Positions 1 to 13,992 of a stretch of DNA of 64,000 bases are shown one piece after another. The stretch spans positions 43,683 to 107,682 of the forward strand of contig DF237251.1 of the NCBI GenBank assembly GCA_000708835.1, written 5' to 3'. Both the position numbers and the translations under genes were made by a program. The notes beneath the pieces were generated by a model. The model did not search any database. It was not told where the DNA came from and saw nothing but the letters and a program-made list of their open reading frames with translations. The stretch's first letter is position 1, and every line of letters begins with the position of its first letter. Source of the DNA: Klebsormidium nitens. Lineage: Eukaryota > Plantae > Klebsormidiophyceae.

Positions 1-716
1 GGCCTTTGAGCTTGATGTCTCTGGAAAAGCTTTGCTTGGGATGATTACATGTTCTGGTTGAAGAAAGCGTCCTCTCAGAAGGGTGCAGGACACTGCTGGT
101 GGGTGAGGGCTGGCAGGATGAGCTTTGCCGAGGATAACACCTGGCACAGCAGTGCGCACCAGTTGACCCCATCATAAGAGCAGTCACAGCTGTTGAAGGG
201 AGCGCAGCTGTAGGATGCAGCGTACAAGAAGCAACTGCAAGATCTAGGCTGGATACCCGAAGCTCAGGCCATGAGTTTGTGCAGACTCCGAGCGACTCGA
301 AGTAAGCGGTCTGTAAAGTATATTGGCGCAATAGCTCGTCAGGCAAGGACAAGCTGATGATTTTTTGGACGGCCCCAACTTTCTTGTGAAGTTGGGTATC
401 AGTTGACGCCTTTTGGGTTCAGCTAAGCACACAGTGCAGAAGTCTTGCGACTAGGTCGAGGACTGGCCGCTTCGATGCAGGGGTCAGGTCATGCACGGCT
501 AGATGGTAGGTGTACTCTGTCAGTAAGCACACAATCTGTGCTTTGCCCTGTCGAAAGAAGACAACATTTTCGCCCAGACTAGATCGAAGCAATCCGAACG
601 GAGTTCTTGCAAGCCAGGCTTTAACAATTGTTGAGCGTTTAGCCTCCAAGTCGACAATTTTGAGTGGTTGATGACAGTTTTGAAGGTCGGCTCACTAGGT
701 GCGTCCCCGCATACAG

Positions 717-1297
717 GCACGGCGGTGCAGACCGTGGCTGCCAAGGCCGAGCAGATGAACTTGGGCCCTCTCGACGCATTTGCCGCACCCTCCAAGAAGG
801 GCGCGCAGTCGTTCAGCTTTGGCTCACTCTTCAACAAAGCGGAGGAGGGGGCCGAGGACGCCGCCGAGGAGGTCAGAGGAGCGGCCAAGAAGGTGGCGGG
901 GCGCGCCAAGGCGCAGGTGCAGCCAGCGGTGCGGAAAGCGGCTCGGAGTGAGCCCGTGAAGGAGGTCAAGAAGGCCGCGGGGGGCTTCAATTTCGGGTCG
1001 TTGTTGCCGAAGAAGGAAGAGGTGGTGGAAGAGCCGGTTAAGGAGGCGAAGAAGTCGGCCTTCGCGTTCGGGTCCCTGCTGCAGAAGAAGGTGGACGAGG
1101 GGGCCAACGGGGTGGCGGCCAAGGTGCAGCGGTCACGGCCAGCGGCAGCCAAGCAGGTGGCGCGAGTTGGCTCGCAATTGAAGAAAGCGGCCCCTAAGGC
1201 CCCCGCGCCTAAACCAGCGGCGGCCAAGAAAGGAGGGAAGGGGGGTTTGTTTGGAGGGTTGCTACCGAAGGAAGACGAGTATCTGTACGAAGACTAA
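717..1297 (+). CDS. Terminal exon of a Lys/Ala-rich disordered protein with repeated FxFGSL motifs; possibly TSP9-like plastid protein
   Basis: ORF 668-1297 has strong GC3 codon bias and a likely acceptor (catacag|g) at 716. Motifs FSFGSLF, FNFGSLL, FAFGSLL, LFGGLL; C-terminus KEDEYLYED*. The 5' exon(s) were not identified. Confidence 0.6.
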
Positions 1298-3101
1298 GTT
1301 GCATGGCAGCATGGAACGAGTTGCGGGAGGCCTGCGCAAAAGCGGGGCTCCCGGTTTTGTGTACTCTACATGCAAGGCTTTGTGTGGGCTACAGTCGACG
1401 TGTTTGGCCAACTGGCAGAACAAAGAGTGTGTACATTTATGTATTGAGGCCGTTGAGATTGGGCCTGCCGAGCTAGGGAATTATTTGCCTAAAGTCGTTG
1501 TAAGTCGCGCGGAGTTGACCACGCTTTGAAGCTCAGCGTCTCAGATGTACCTCCTTGACCGTTTCTGCACGTAAGCGCAGCGTTGGGGACAGCTCTAGGA
1601 AGTGGCGCCACAAGCCTTGACCCTTTCAGATATGTCGTTTTCTGGCCCCCATCATTCAGGATTCAAAGCTGCAAGGTGCAACAAGCCTGGAGGCGTGGTT
1701 GTCTTAATACTCAGTACGTACGATTCCTGTTCGACGCGCTCCTGTGCCTCTCATCATTTGTAATCGATGCCAGTATAGCGCGGCACATCAGGTCTCCGGC
1801 GGTAGCCAGGCTGAGGAAGTTAGACATGTGACTCTTATCCATTTCCCGTGTCGGTTGTGACATGATAGCCAACTTACCCAGCTAGCCACTCATGCACAAT
1901 GAATTTCTTGTACGTATATGTTCAGTTGCTTTTTGCATGTGACTGTATGGTGCGCGGCGCGCGCCGGCCGATCAAACATTCGATATGACCCATGCAGCGT
2001 TTGCAACCTGCATATATATGTACTGAGCACGATCATGGCCATGCGCATGGGCAATGTACGTACACTTTGAGCATGACGGTCATTCCTCAGGCTAGTGGCA
2101 CAAACGTGAATTCAATTATGATCTATAGCAGCTAGAGATAGATATAGCTCTACCGGTCGGACAGCATGTCCCGGCATCCGAGTCGCGTTGATGCTCACAT
2201 GCACATTATATTCTAAGTCAAACGCAATGGGACCGGCCAGTCCTTCGAACTTAGTCTGGAGATTGTGTCTTGCAAGCAGTTGTGATCATTTCTGACAGGA
2301 CTGTACAAGGACTACTAGCAGCTATCCCTAACTGCCTACTAGTTTCAAAACTACCAAGCTTCCAAGTTCCTCCCTGACCGATAGCATCCTCCAACGTGTC
2401 ATTGTTGATACGAAGATGGCACCTTATGTCACAAGATGAACTATCAGTCCTAAAGATAGGCCGCCAATGTGACCAGTCTCGTATATACAATTTGAGGCAA
2501 TTCGAATAAACTAGGCTGCAAGCGCCGCTTGAACACGTTAGTCAGGTGGCTTCCATGTAAGTGCTAAAGTGGGACAATTCAAGGCCCGTGCAATTGACCT
2601 TCTCAGAACCAGTCAACATACTGATCCCGTTTTTTTGGAGTCCTTCGCGGCTTCCTGTCCCTCCCATTTTCAAAATTAGCAGTTGCGATCAGCATCTCCA
2701 TTTGGTATTGAACTTCGTCCGAACGTTCACCTCTTACGACAGCACTGCATCACAACAATCTACGGTCAAGGATTGAAGAACTTGTCAAAGTTTGATCCCT
2801 TGACACCCAATATTTCGCCTGCCTCTATCACTTTGTTATTGTCTGCACTCTCCCCTCGTTAAGGCGCATTCACCCTCCACAAACGTACACGAATCAAGTA
2901 AAGAATTTCGTCAACCAAGTGCAACCCTTCGAGCTCAAAATGATTTTGAATAGTGGGAGCTCATTCTAGCTTAAACCAGGCAACAGATTCAGCCACCAAC
3001 TCACAATACCGCAGATGTACATCTTAGTCCTATGAAAGGGCTTTCCAGACCGTGTAAGTGTTTAGAGCTTGATTGGATTCTTACAATGAAGACGTCGAGC
3101 G

Positions 3102-5135
3102 TCAAAGTTGGACTTCAAATACCATCCGAGCAACTTCAAGCCGAGGAGCAGCTGCAGGATGGATTCTTTCGAGTAAAGCCGCGGGGCGATGGCAGCAGAG
3201 AAATGAAAGCTGCAGTCGGGTCCCCGGGGTCTCCATTCGAAATATACTACATCCACGCGTATAATCCTTCAGATAATACAAACAGGGGACGAAGCTCACG
3301 TGATCGACTTTACTGAGCTGCTTAAGAAAACATGATCTGCTCGATAGGACTTGCGAATACAGGCAAGGTGTATTCGCACGCACCTCTCCATCAGCTGTTC
3401 GAGCTCCAGCCGTTGGTCTTCCGTGACAAAATGAATGCAGGTTTCCGGGCATTGGCCGACAGCCATCTGAATATTGTAGTCATCGTCCCCACCTACATGT
3501 GAAGAGGCCCCGAAGCACATGAGAGAATTTCACAGCCGTAAGTCAGTGTCTGCCTTCTTCGAGAACAACAATCGAAACCCCCGATTTGAAAACAGCCGGT
3601 TGACAATCGATACTAAGAAGGGACGAAGAAAGAACGCCTCGTGTCTCTCCCGTGCAGCTAGCTTGCGGATTGCGTACCTGAACACCACCAAAACGAGCAC
3701 AATCGGAGAAGATGGAGCCCTTCTCCTCTTCACTGCTACCAATCAACACGCATGAAGAGAATTCCAAGATGGCAGAAGGGTGTGACGCGTTACCTCGATT
3801 CGTTGCTCGGGCTCTCATCGTCTCCTGGGCAAAGTAGAACGTTTTGGGTGCCTTGCGGACGCAGCTGTAAGGACACTGCGGTCCGATGCACCTAAACTCG
3901 TTGACGAACACACTGACAGCCGGCCCATCAGGCTCTCTGAATGGCCCTCGTTCCTTTCGTAATCGTATCTGCTCCCGATCATCGTCGTCGATCAGAAGCT
4001 GCGAGAAACGGGACCAAAAAGTCAGTTGCAATCACACCTTTGGGTTGGCTGGTCTTCTTCAGCCTACAAAACACCAAGTGGACAACAAATCAAGTTAGAA
4101 GATTTCAAAGAAGCTGCACCTTTTGTTGTGCTTTTTGGTATCGGATGGGGCACTTTCGTGAAAAACAATGGGTGTGTTCAGGTGATGCAGCTTCGAATAC
4201 AATTTGAGTCAAAGATCTTGTCTATGAGATGCCAAGAAGTCTTGGAGGATGAGAAGAGCTTTCAAAGAATGGGGGCAACTACTTACCTTGTAAGCTCGAA
4301 TTAGTCGATCCGCTATGATGTTTGCATCTTCTACCCCACTATAAACGTCTGGATGATACTCCTTCATCTGCAGGACATGTGGTGTCAAACAGTCAAACAG
4401 CCAAACAGTTTGTATCATCGAGGTTCGGCCCCACTCTGCTTGCTTGTGGGAGTTGAGCAGGAGGAGAGAATACCAACTGACTGTTGATTGAAAAGGAACC
4501 TGCAATGAAAGTGCTCCTTTCGAGCCGCAGAAGGATACCCCAAAAGGACTTTATTTGTGGCCAATTCACAAGGCAGACTCTCTGTTCCACCTTGTGATTG
4601 CAGGGAGAAGTCGGGGACCCTATGTGACGTGTTTGAGTACAGACTAGACCGACAACCTTGCGACGACTACTCCCTTTGCCTTCTTCTAGGAGACAGCTCA
4701 GTAACCACAACCTCACGAGTACATGCACCAAGGGCGCCACAACAGCAGGAAGGTCCTATTTGGTGGTCAGCTCACCAGATTCCTGTATGCCGCCTTTATG
4801 GTCTCAGCGTCGCTGTCCTCAGACACGTTGAGCACTTTGTATGGATCTTTTGACCGCCAATTGGCTGCAACTGGACCACCGTCGCCCCCTTGTTGAGCCC
4901 AGCACAAAGCTTCTTTCCGCAACTTTTGGCGCCCTACTTGATTAGCTGGCCTGGGCTGCAGACGACCACGTAATCTACATCCTAAGAGGCCTGGCATCCA
5001 ACCAGTGCCGCAAGGACCAGCTTCAGAGCACACAAAGAGTAGAGCCCTGGAAGCATAGGCTTTGGTTTCGACATGGCGACTCACAAGATTTAGTGGACAC
5101 GTGCGCAACACTGGATTCCTGCATGCGGTCTGCAT
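3102..5135 (-). CDS. Chloroplast DnaJ protein with 4Fe-4S ferredoxin-like domain (DJC76/77/82-type), multi-exon
   Basis: Exon peptides: transit-like N-terminus; DPYKVLNVSEDSDAETIKAAYRNLV; YHPDVYSG (J-domain HPD); VFVNEFRCIGPQCPYSCVRKAPKTF; YNIQMAVGQCPETCIHFV (Fe-S cysteines). The 3' end is uncertain. Confidence 0.85.
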
Positions 5136-5427
5136 TCTTGCAATGCTGTCAATCTGGCAGGCAGCGCGTTTCTTTATGCAACTGTCCGTCACGATATCCC
5201 GACTGGAAAGGGGCACTGTGTTCGGAAACCTGTAGAAAAGGAAGCAATCACTAGAATCCTGCAGAACTGACTTGACGCGCAGCTGTTAGTTCTGGCTTGA
5301 CAGCTGTTGTCTCCTCCCTCCTCAACTAAATTTTACGTAGGGGGCGAAGCTTTTTTAGTGCGCTTCCTAAGCCTCTTCCAACAGCCTCGGCCTCATGCAG
5401 GCTTTCGTTTGTTCTTCAGCCCCCTCA

Positions 5428-5459
5428 AAACCCTAAAGGCTAAAACTCGGAAACCCTAA
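5428..5459 (+). promoter_or_regulatory. Two telo-box motifs (AAACCCTAA) in the short divergent promoter between the DnaJ and QCT genes
   Basis: AAACCCTAA at 5428-5436 and 5451-5459, between head-to-head start codons at 5135 (-) and 5549 (+). Confidence 0.4.
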
Positions 5460-5548
5460 TAGTAAAAATAGAGATTGTCAAATGGAGAAAAGCTTTCTGG
5501 GCCTGTTTGGCGCCACATTGTACAAGTCGTTTCTGCTTCTTCGACGCA

Positions 5549-8500
5549 ATGGTGCTGTCTTCTGCCTCATCCGGGCTTAGTGGTTGTGCAATTCTAAACA
5601 GTTGCCTCTCTTTCCTTCTTTTATTGCCTGTCCTGGGAGCCTCGCAATGCAATGCGCTTGCGAGCGGAGCTGAGCAGCTCAGCCAAAAAGCAAGGCTGTT
5701 AAAAGATTCGGATGACGGGCCTGTGATTTACAGCTACGAGATTGTGGCCACATACCCTCATGATCCGAAAGCGTTCACACAGGTAAGATTTTCCTTGTCT
5801 TGACTTTTGTGTAGGTTCATCGTCTTTTGAGATTTCGATGTTTTTAGTTTTGATTGGATTGCTGACCCTCGCATCCGACAACAATGCTGGGATCTCTGTA
5901 GAACCCTTGTCCTTCTGGCCCAACTTGGTCCGTCGACTTTTGAGTTCATGGTGGCACTTCCATTCATAGAGTGTAGACTGAAAATCTGCAGTAGCTGAAA
6001 CTTGTAGATCCTGACACGCAAATGCAGGGTGGAGCATGAAAGTTACTGAGCTTGAGCAAGCTTGGACTTGATTTCAACCTGCCTCCAGAGAGGGTTCATG
6101 GCACACAAGAAACGTCTGCCTTCTCGGCCATGTTTGCAACAGCAACGTGCTATCTCTGTAAGGCTCACGGCGAGAGATCTGTGCTGGAGACAAGTTGTAC
6201 CAAACTACTCTCGTAACCATGTGGAAAGGAGCGCTGGCTCCTAGTATAACAAAATGCTACCTCGTTCCTTTGTGGTTTCAGGGCCTGCTGTTCCACAAAG
6301 GGGTGCTCTATGAATCGACGGGCTTGAACGGAGCCTCCTCCGTGCGGGAGGTGGAGCTTGAAACAGGGAATGTAAGCCGACACGGTAGCTGTTTCTGCTC
6401 TTCTGGGTTTTAAAAGACTCTAAGAATGTACCTACATGATCACCCCATTGGCATTCCACTTCCCCGCGCTTGTCAGGAACCTGAGATTCATCATTGTTGT
6501 CCCTGCCTCTTTGATTCTTCGCGTCTCTACTAGCTGTCCACCCTCCGTGACAAGGGGGTTCTTGTACCTGTGTAAAGAATGTCCAAGAAGTCAATTTCAA
6601 GTAAGTTGGCTTGTTTTGGCGATGACATCCTCGTTGAATCCTTCAGTTGGGTTACAGCGCGATGCGACAGGGGGGAGAAATGGCATGTGCCCCTTCCGAA
6701 TGCGTAGACTTAAGATGCTGATTTCACATTTGTGCTTTACATGCCAGGTCATCAAGCAGAGGAATCTGGGAAGGCAGCACTTCGGCGAGGGTCTTGCACT
6801 TTACGGAAGAAAGTAAGGACATCTGACACCCACGTGTACTTAATATAGTTTCGCTTCTTCGATGTCTGGCTGAGTGAATCTGGAGCACAACAGACGATTC
6901 CTCAATTTGCAACCTCCAAAAACATGCCCTGCTCTGACAGTTCCCCAACTTGAGCTTCTTCAGCAAGTCATTGTGGGACTTAAGGATTAAACCTTGTGAG
7001 ATGTCTGATGTATGCAGGCTATACCAATTGACTTGGCAGACCAACAACCTTCTGTCCTATACAAGGAGCACCCTTTCCCCAGTGAGTTCAGATAGATTTA
7101 GATTTTCTTTCTCAACATGCTACAAACTGCAATGCTATCATCGTATGAAATTCTCGACTTTGGCCACGAGTCCGCTGGAACATCAAGCAATTGCTGGTCT
7201 TTTGGCGGCTTTTTGGATTCCGATGTTCTTCTGGATCATTTCTATCGAGGCTTAAACGTTTGGCAACTCCATCATTGACCTGATGGAGCAGGCTGCAGAG
7301 TGTGCTCTTCTGACAAGACCCACTTTCAGATGAATTGAAACAATTGTTGCACCACTGCGGTGCAAATGGTGACTTGTCGTTTTCGAGTTCAAGCAAGCTT
7401 TGCATCAATTTCATAAGCCCGATTTAATGACTCGACTTCTGGCTGCAGGCAGCTGCGCTGAAGACGCCCCTCAACGATGGGTGGGGCCTGACAACTGGGA
7501 ACGGCACTTTCGTGGCAAGTGATGGAAGCGCAAACATCTTCTTTCTGCACCCGACGACCATCGCAGGTGACCTACCGTTCTTTCACGATCGGAAAAATTA
7601 TGTACACAGGGGGGATAGCTGTGGATTCACCGACTCTCCTGTCTCTTTCATATGCTTGGTGGTGTCATGGAATTGTAAGGAGGGGATTCAGCCGAAAGCG
7701 GGCCATCGAGATCTTTCTTGTCCACGGAGTCAGGACAAGTACAGGTTGGAACCAAGGTCTAAGGCAATGTCGGTTTGAATACGTCCAGGGCACACAAGTC
7801 TGGCTGCTTCAAACCTCTCCATGTTCATGGATCAACAATGTACAAGCACTGCGCTCGCATCCTAAGGCTGATTACTGAAACCCCTGTCGTGGGCCTACCC
7901 TGCAGCGGTCCGTCAGGTAACAGTAAGGGATAACGGCCGGGACGTGGGATACTTGAACGAGTTGGAATGGGTAGGGAACGAGATCTGGGCCAATGTCTGG
8001 CAGGTGACCGCCTTTTCCATGTTGGTCTACTCTGTTTCGAGAACGCGTGGAGGCTGGCCTCAAGAGCTCAAAAGCATGGCCTGTTATCCTTTGAATAGCA
8101 GCTACTCCGATATCTCTCTCGCTTTCTGCGGGCTGTCTGTGAACAAATGATTGATACGTTTGACAGAGTGACCAACTCTGGCAGTAGGGTCAACGCACTG
8201 GTCTCGCCGTCAAGACCAGCTCTGCTTCAAGCAGCTTGCGAACGGGCACTGCAGGCAGTCTGGCCTTTTGGATCCTCTTTGATGCACGTTGCCTTTCGGC
8301 TAGGAGTACCTGCCAAGGTTCTTTTCAAAGACGACTTTTGGTAATGCGCTGTCCCTCATGTTGCAGCGGGAGTGCATCGCCAGAATAGATCCGGAAAGTG
8401 GCCGAGTTGTGGGGTGGATAGACATGATTGGCCTTACAGCTCACGCGTTTGATAGAGCCAATGGCCAGGTAAAACCTCGAGGCGTCTCGATTCGCACCGA

Positions 8501-9123
8501 TCTGGTTGGAACTTTTCTGATCAGGGTAAAATGGATTGGTTACAACATTCGGAAGGCGCCCCAACTTCCTGTGATTGACTTCGAATCACTGCTTTGCCTT
8601 CGTTACGTCAGACCCTGTATCAATCGTCTCTTGAAACGTTGCTTCATCTTTTTGTTCCAAAATTGGAAACAATTCTTTCAAGCCCGAGGCAATCTTCTGT
8701 CATACCAGAAGGAAGCAGCGCCGAGAGGTCGTAGCTTGCTCCGAGCCTTTGTCATAATTTTATCTACCTTCGAATCCGAGGCCCATTACTTAGGTCTCTG
8801 TTTCCGAGTGCAGCGGCTGGACGTTCTGAACGGGATTGCATATGACGAAGAGCACGAGAGATTGTTTGGTAAGCATACAGTCCTTCTTGAACCTTCTTGA
8901 TGATGCGCACGGCTAGCAATCGCTCTCATCTGTGAGGACTACGTGGAATTCGACTAGTAGCTTCGCTTTGATCATGAAAACCCGAAGCAGGACTTCACGA
9001 CGGGCGCTGATTACAAGCAACCTCATGTATGCTGATTGTCTTATTTTGCTTTGGTGCAGTGACAGGAAAGTTCTGGCCGTTACTCTACGAGATTCGCTTG
9101 AAAAAAGTTTCTTCTCCCCCTGA
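5549..9123 (+). CDS. QCT: Glutaminyl-peptide cyclotransferase (plant/bacterial beta-propeller type), multi-exon
   Basis: Signal-anchor N-terminus. Exons read [10 protein letters not shown]|[29 protein letters not shown]|..HFGEGLAL|YQLTWQ|DGWGLT..SDGS|[17 protein letters not shown]|IARIDP..VVGWID|[12 protein letters not shown]|[11 protein letters not shown]; stop at 9121-9123. Confidence 0.95.
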
Positions 9124-10410
9124 TACGGAAATTGAGCGGATCAGATCATTGTGCATAGTGACGGGAAAGCTCCTATGATGGGAAGAACGCATTGCTGGCG
9201 TCCTCCCAACTATTGAGCGTCGAAACGTGCTTTAATCATTCATGAGCCTGGCAAGTAATCTGTATTTTGTAGTATTAAATGGTCATTGGAGCCTCAACAA
9301 GTCAAGAGACTCGAAGCAATGCGTCACAACTTGAACAATTGTGATAAGGTCGTTGGGAGCCTCATCGACATTCAAACATCTGATTTGTCATGATCATCAT
9401 TTGATAGATCCGAGAGTGTGTAAATGCGCATTTGAATCACTCATAAGAATAGCAATGATTTCCACCGAGCTGCCAAGCTACTTCCAAACTCAACTGCTGA
9501 ATACTGGCTTGCAGCTATACTTATCAGTGCCATGGCATAGCACGTGTTTCTTTTTTAGAGATTTAAAAGTATGATTGGAAGTGCATGTTTCTAGCTCCTT
9601 AAGTTAGAAAGTGGGCTCCCAGACGATTCGCAGCCATGATTGTTCATGCATCTTAGTAAATGGATGTCGATCAAGATATTGCATGACGCGTAAAGCTCTC
9701 ATTCGAGTGCAACACAATTCTCTCGTGCGCGGCATGGCATGGGACTTATGCAGCGAATCCTTCAATCAAAGATCCATGTATAAGTCACGACTTGTAATGG
9801 TTAAGTCGCGGATGCTATAGCTAGGCTGTCGTGTGAAGTTGCGTATGGTGTTATGCAAGGGACGCTGTACAGGAATCTAGTTCTTCATCTAGCACACCTT
9901 TTGGAAGTTTCCCCCAAAATTCTAGCCGTGCGTGATCTAATCCACCAGGAAAGTTTTTCGAGATCGAACTACCAATTTGCCGAACAAATCCGAGCTACTG
10001 CATGGCCGTGTGCGGAATTGCCAGCTAGCTAGCCAGCGTCGCTAGCGACGATATTTCAGCCCGGGGGGGTGTTGTCTCACTTTCAACGAATCTGTACAAA
10101 TCAGTGAAGCACGCTTTCCATAGAGCGTGGTCAAGTTGTCAGAATTATACCTCTCGGTCTAGTTCTGGCCCTTAAAAAGTCTTGCTAAGTTGCTAGATCA
10201 CTACCTGTGTGCATCGACATATACAGATGCAACGCGGCACGCAGTCTGTACACTAAGCACTGGAAGAATCACTTCTCCTAACATGTACAGGAACAGCAAC
10301 TAGGATTATGTACAAAGGAAAAGCCTTACCCCACAAGTCGGCCTGAACCAGTATTTACAGGAATTGTTCAATTGAGGCCTGACCCCCTACTATGTACAGC
10401 TTTGGCCATG

Positions 10411-12221
10411 TTACCGAAACATCCACTGGCGGTACATCTTTTCCACGATTCCTCCTCCTGACCGGATAGCGTGCCTGAGGCTGTCCAGCTGCGGCGGCAC
10501 GCCCCACAGCATCGGCACGTGCACCGTCATCACCAGCCGCTCGTGCAGGCCCGATGGATTGCCCAGCTCCGCATGGACAACCTGCACCGTTGATCTGGTT
10601 CGATTGATTTACAGCACCCCGAAAGGATGTAGGAATGGGCTTTGAAACCTCAGGAGAGTGGTCGCACCTTACGTGAGGAGCGGACTGAAATGATTGAAAG
10701 GACTGCTTATCAAGAAACGATCGGGGAGGCAGGAACAGGTGCCGGCAAGCAGCACTGGGAAACATTGAGGCTCCACAGCCAGTTAGGCCTCTATCTGAAG
10801 TCCTCTGCTCCTTTGCAACTTGACAAAAGGGTTAAATAGCATTCAAAGCCAATTTGGACTTTGGATTAGATGTGAAGGAGACATGCCCTCGGTTGTGCTT
10901 GCCTGCCCCCCCTGGTCCACCACGCAGTCCTCCACCACGTCACTCAGCATGGCCACCGAGCGGCAGAAACCAAGCACGGTCAGGCGCCGCCCTAGGTCCA
11001 GCCCCTGCACACACAGTGCCGCGCTGCGTAGTAGTCACAGGTCAATAGAGAAACTCGAAAACAGCTCCATACTACAGCCTGTCTTGAACCCCCTACAAAC
11101 CCGACAATATGCACAGGAGCCTTTATCCAATATGCATTTCTTGAACAAGGCTGCTTTGAGGATGACATCATCGCTTTGCAAGGGCATACGTGGATGTTCA
11201 GCTGCCATCTGACAAGAGCGCTTGCCAGAAAGGAAGCCCTTAATTGGCAAAGAACCAGGGAAATACAAGTGGCGGCCAACTTTGCTAGATTGAGGCTGGA
11301 CCTCGGATTTCCAATTGTTAGAGCAGGAGGGCGCTCACGTTGGTGGCATGAATGTCGAACGTGGCCCCCAGGCACAGCTGCTGGTGGGGGTCCATGTACG
11401 ACTCCTCCCGAAACGGGCGCAGCCGGCCGAGCTGCCCGCTCTGCCGCCGCTGCCACGCTTCTGCCCGCCTCGCTGGCACGCGCTCCCCCCCTAGCTGAAC
11501 CACCCCCTGGGAGGTCAGCAGGGTGATGATGGGCTCGCGCACCCAGTCTTCACCTGGAGGAAGATGAACGACAATCTGGAAAAAGTTGGACAACAGCTGT
11601 GACACTGACAAAACACAGCGCACTATTACAAATGACACACGTTGACTGGCCAGCCTGAAACACCGGCAGTTGTGGCCAAGCAGGTGGCACGGCGAGGTTG
11701 CAGACTTAGAATAGTGTATGTTTGACAGGACAGGGTCAGATTTTGGACTTGGCAAACTTGCCAAGCTGCTCAAGCTGCGCACATTTGATTGAAATAATCA
11801 CCGTCAGGTTCTGTGCTGCATTGGTCAGCATCTCAGCATCAGATCGCAGAGATTCTCTCCCCGACTGCATGCAGGCCATCTGCTCACCTGGTTCAGACTC
11901 CTCCCCTCCGCTACCATTCTGCTCCCAGGGATAAGGGCCATAGCCGTCTGAAGCCCCAAAGCTGTGACCCCAGCTCGGTTCCCCCTCGTTGTGCAACGCC
12001 TGCACCTTCTGCTGATCCCTTTTCTTTAAGCCCAGCTGCCGTCTGTGTAATCTGCGATGCAACAAACTCCGGCCCGGCGCCGCTGTCCAAGCGGTTTTGT
12101 CATGGCGCCGACCAATCCAGGACCTTACATGGATCCCAGCTGCCTGCTCCTGAGAGCAATGCGAGCTTGCTTGGCAGGGAAGCAAGTTTGAAGGGGTTCT
12201 GCCAAGCGTGCTTGTCGCCAT
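10411..12221 (-). CDS. Conserved plant hypothetical protein, multi-exon, with a probable GC-AG intron
   Basis: Exons give DGYGPYPWE; FREESYMDPHQQLCLGATFDIHATN|GLDLGRRLTVLGFCRSVAMLSDVVEDCVVDQGGQ|VVHAELGNPSGLHERLVMTVHVPMLWGVPP..AIRSGGGIVEKMYRQWMFR*. This resembles a land-plant family of unknown function as I recall it. Start codon uncertain. Confidence 0.75.
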
Positions 12222-13992
12222 TCGGGCCTCCTCCCAACGACCTTGCATTCCAATTCGATGGCAGAGCATGCATGACCTTTTTGCCTTACCTGCAACGGCG
12301 CGCGTACGTGCGCGGGCCTCCACTCATGCACTCCGATCGGATCCGTAACTCAAACCCTTTAAACCCTTAGCATGCGAAGTTCGCCCAATGGCCCGGCCGC
12401 GGGCACCTAGCTCGCGCGCGGCGCCAACCGGGCCACACTGTACTCTCGTTCATCTGGTTCATGCACGGTGATCTTTCTTTGCCCCTGACATCAGCGGCTA
12501 TATCGGGAACGTGGTGTTCCGACATGGGAGCAATCTTTGATTCACAGCTAATCTACTGGTGACTTGGCGAGGGCAACAGGTCGGAGGCGACCATGATCCC
12601 TGGGCCGGGCCTGGGCCGCGTGGTGACCAATATTCTGGGACGCTGAGTGGAGGTGCGCTTGAGCGCAATAAGCCATCAGAGCCCGGCAAGTTCTTCCCTG
12701 ACCATCGTTCCCAAGACTGTCACCAAAACGAAAGTATTTAGATGTTTGAAGGACACATTGACAAACCCGGCAGGAGCCTCATTAATACTATGCTAAGTAT
12801 TGCAGATTTCTTTCCACTCCGAAAACGTTATCCCCTCGCTTGGATTTTTCCATATCTTCCCGAGCCGTTGTGTACTTTCTGGTTGTGACGATTTTGGTAC
12901 CTTTGCTCCTACCTCTGCTCCTGAAGACGCGTACAATCGTTCAAGGCGACTTTCTGACTGGGAGAGCTGACGTGGAACCCAGTTGAGAGTCCGTTGATGG
13001 AGTATCGCGGCTATAGTCCTAAAGGAGGCCATGTTGCCATGTTTGTGTGCGTTGCTTCGAAGGCAGAGAGTCCATGGTGACTGTTCCAACTGCTTCTTTT
13101 CAAAGGAATGGAATATGTGGCTTGTTACGAACTTATTATGGGCCGTGACAATTGTATGCTATGATACTCGCGATTCAGTTGCGCGAATGCTCACTTCGTC
13201 TGCATCAGCCCATCACCATGCTGTCCAAAAAAAGCCCAGCATCTATGCGGCTAAGCTTCAAGTGCTCTGCTGTCCTTGTTGCTCGATTGCAAGCCTTGTG
13301 GAAGGCAAACACTGCATCCCCACTGCATCATCTGGTGACCTTATTGCTCATCTTGAAGTCATGAATCACAGTCATAGAAATTGGCCCTCCTGCTTTCTCG
13401 CCAGCAGCCTGAGAGGAAGTCGTTAAAAACCTACCGGTGTCAGAGTTGCACAAGATTAGCAAACACTTACCTTTTTCTTACAGGAGCAGTTCATATCAGA
13501 TTCATATCAGCCCTCAAAGCAGACGTCTTTTAATCCTCCTGCTCTTAAGAAAATCAGCAACTGTACTCTGCAGACTCAGCCAACCAGTCACGGGCCTGCA
13601 CAAGGGGCTGCAGCGGGGGAAGGGAGGGGCGCTGCTGGTGGCAACGACTTTCAGGGTGAGCGAACTGCAGACTTGATCAGCATCCCAAAATTGCTTAGTG
13701 CGTGAACTGGAGGGACTACTAGCAATGCTACTCTGAGTGTCAATTGAAAAACGTAGGGCTTCGAAGCGCAGTGAACATGAAACATGCACACATCGCATGA
13801 AGTGGCAGACTTAGTCTGCCAAGCAAAAGCCGATGATCTGGTTCACCTCCAGGCCCAACTAGAGAAACTTCAGTCGCGGTTTGAACCTCTTCTGTTGTAC
13901 TACGCTTGGCCAATGGCACGGTAGTCGGTCTGAGCCAAAGCAACGTTGAAGCGCAACGATCGTTTCAGATTGGTTGAGCTAGTACACCGTCG

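Noticed and set aside
1-240. Possible minus-strand exon with transit-peptide-like composition running off the window
   Set aside because: No recognisable domain and an ambiguous frame; cannot be supported.
520-1227. Long minus-strand ORF (235 aa) and similar long antisense ORFs opposite RBR, the caprin-like gene and the helicase
   Set aside because: These are shadow frames of GC3-rich coding exons with no independent motifs.
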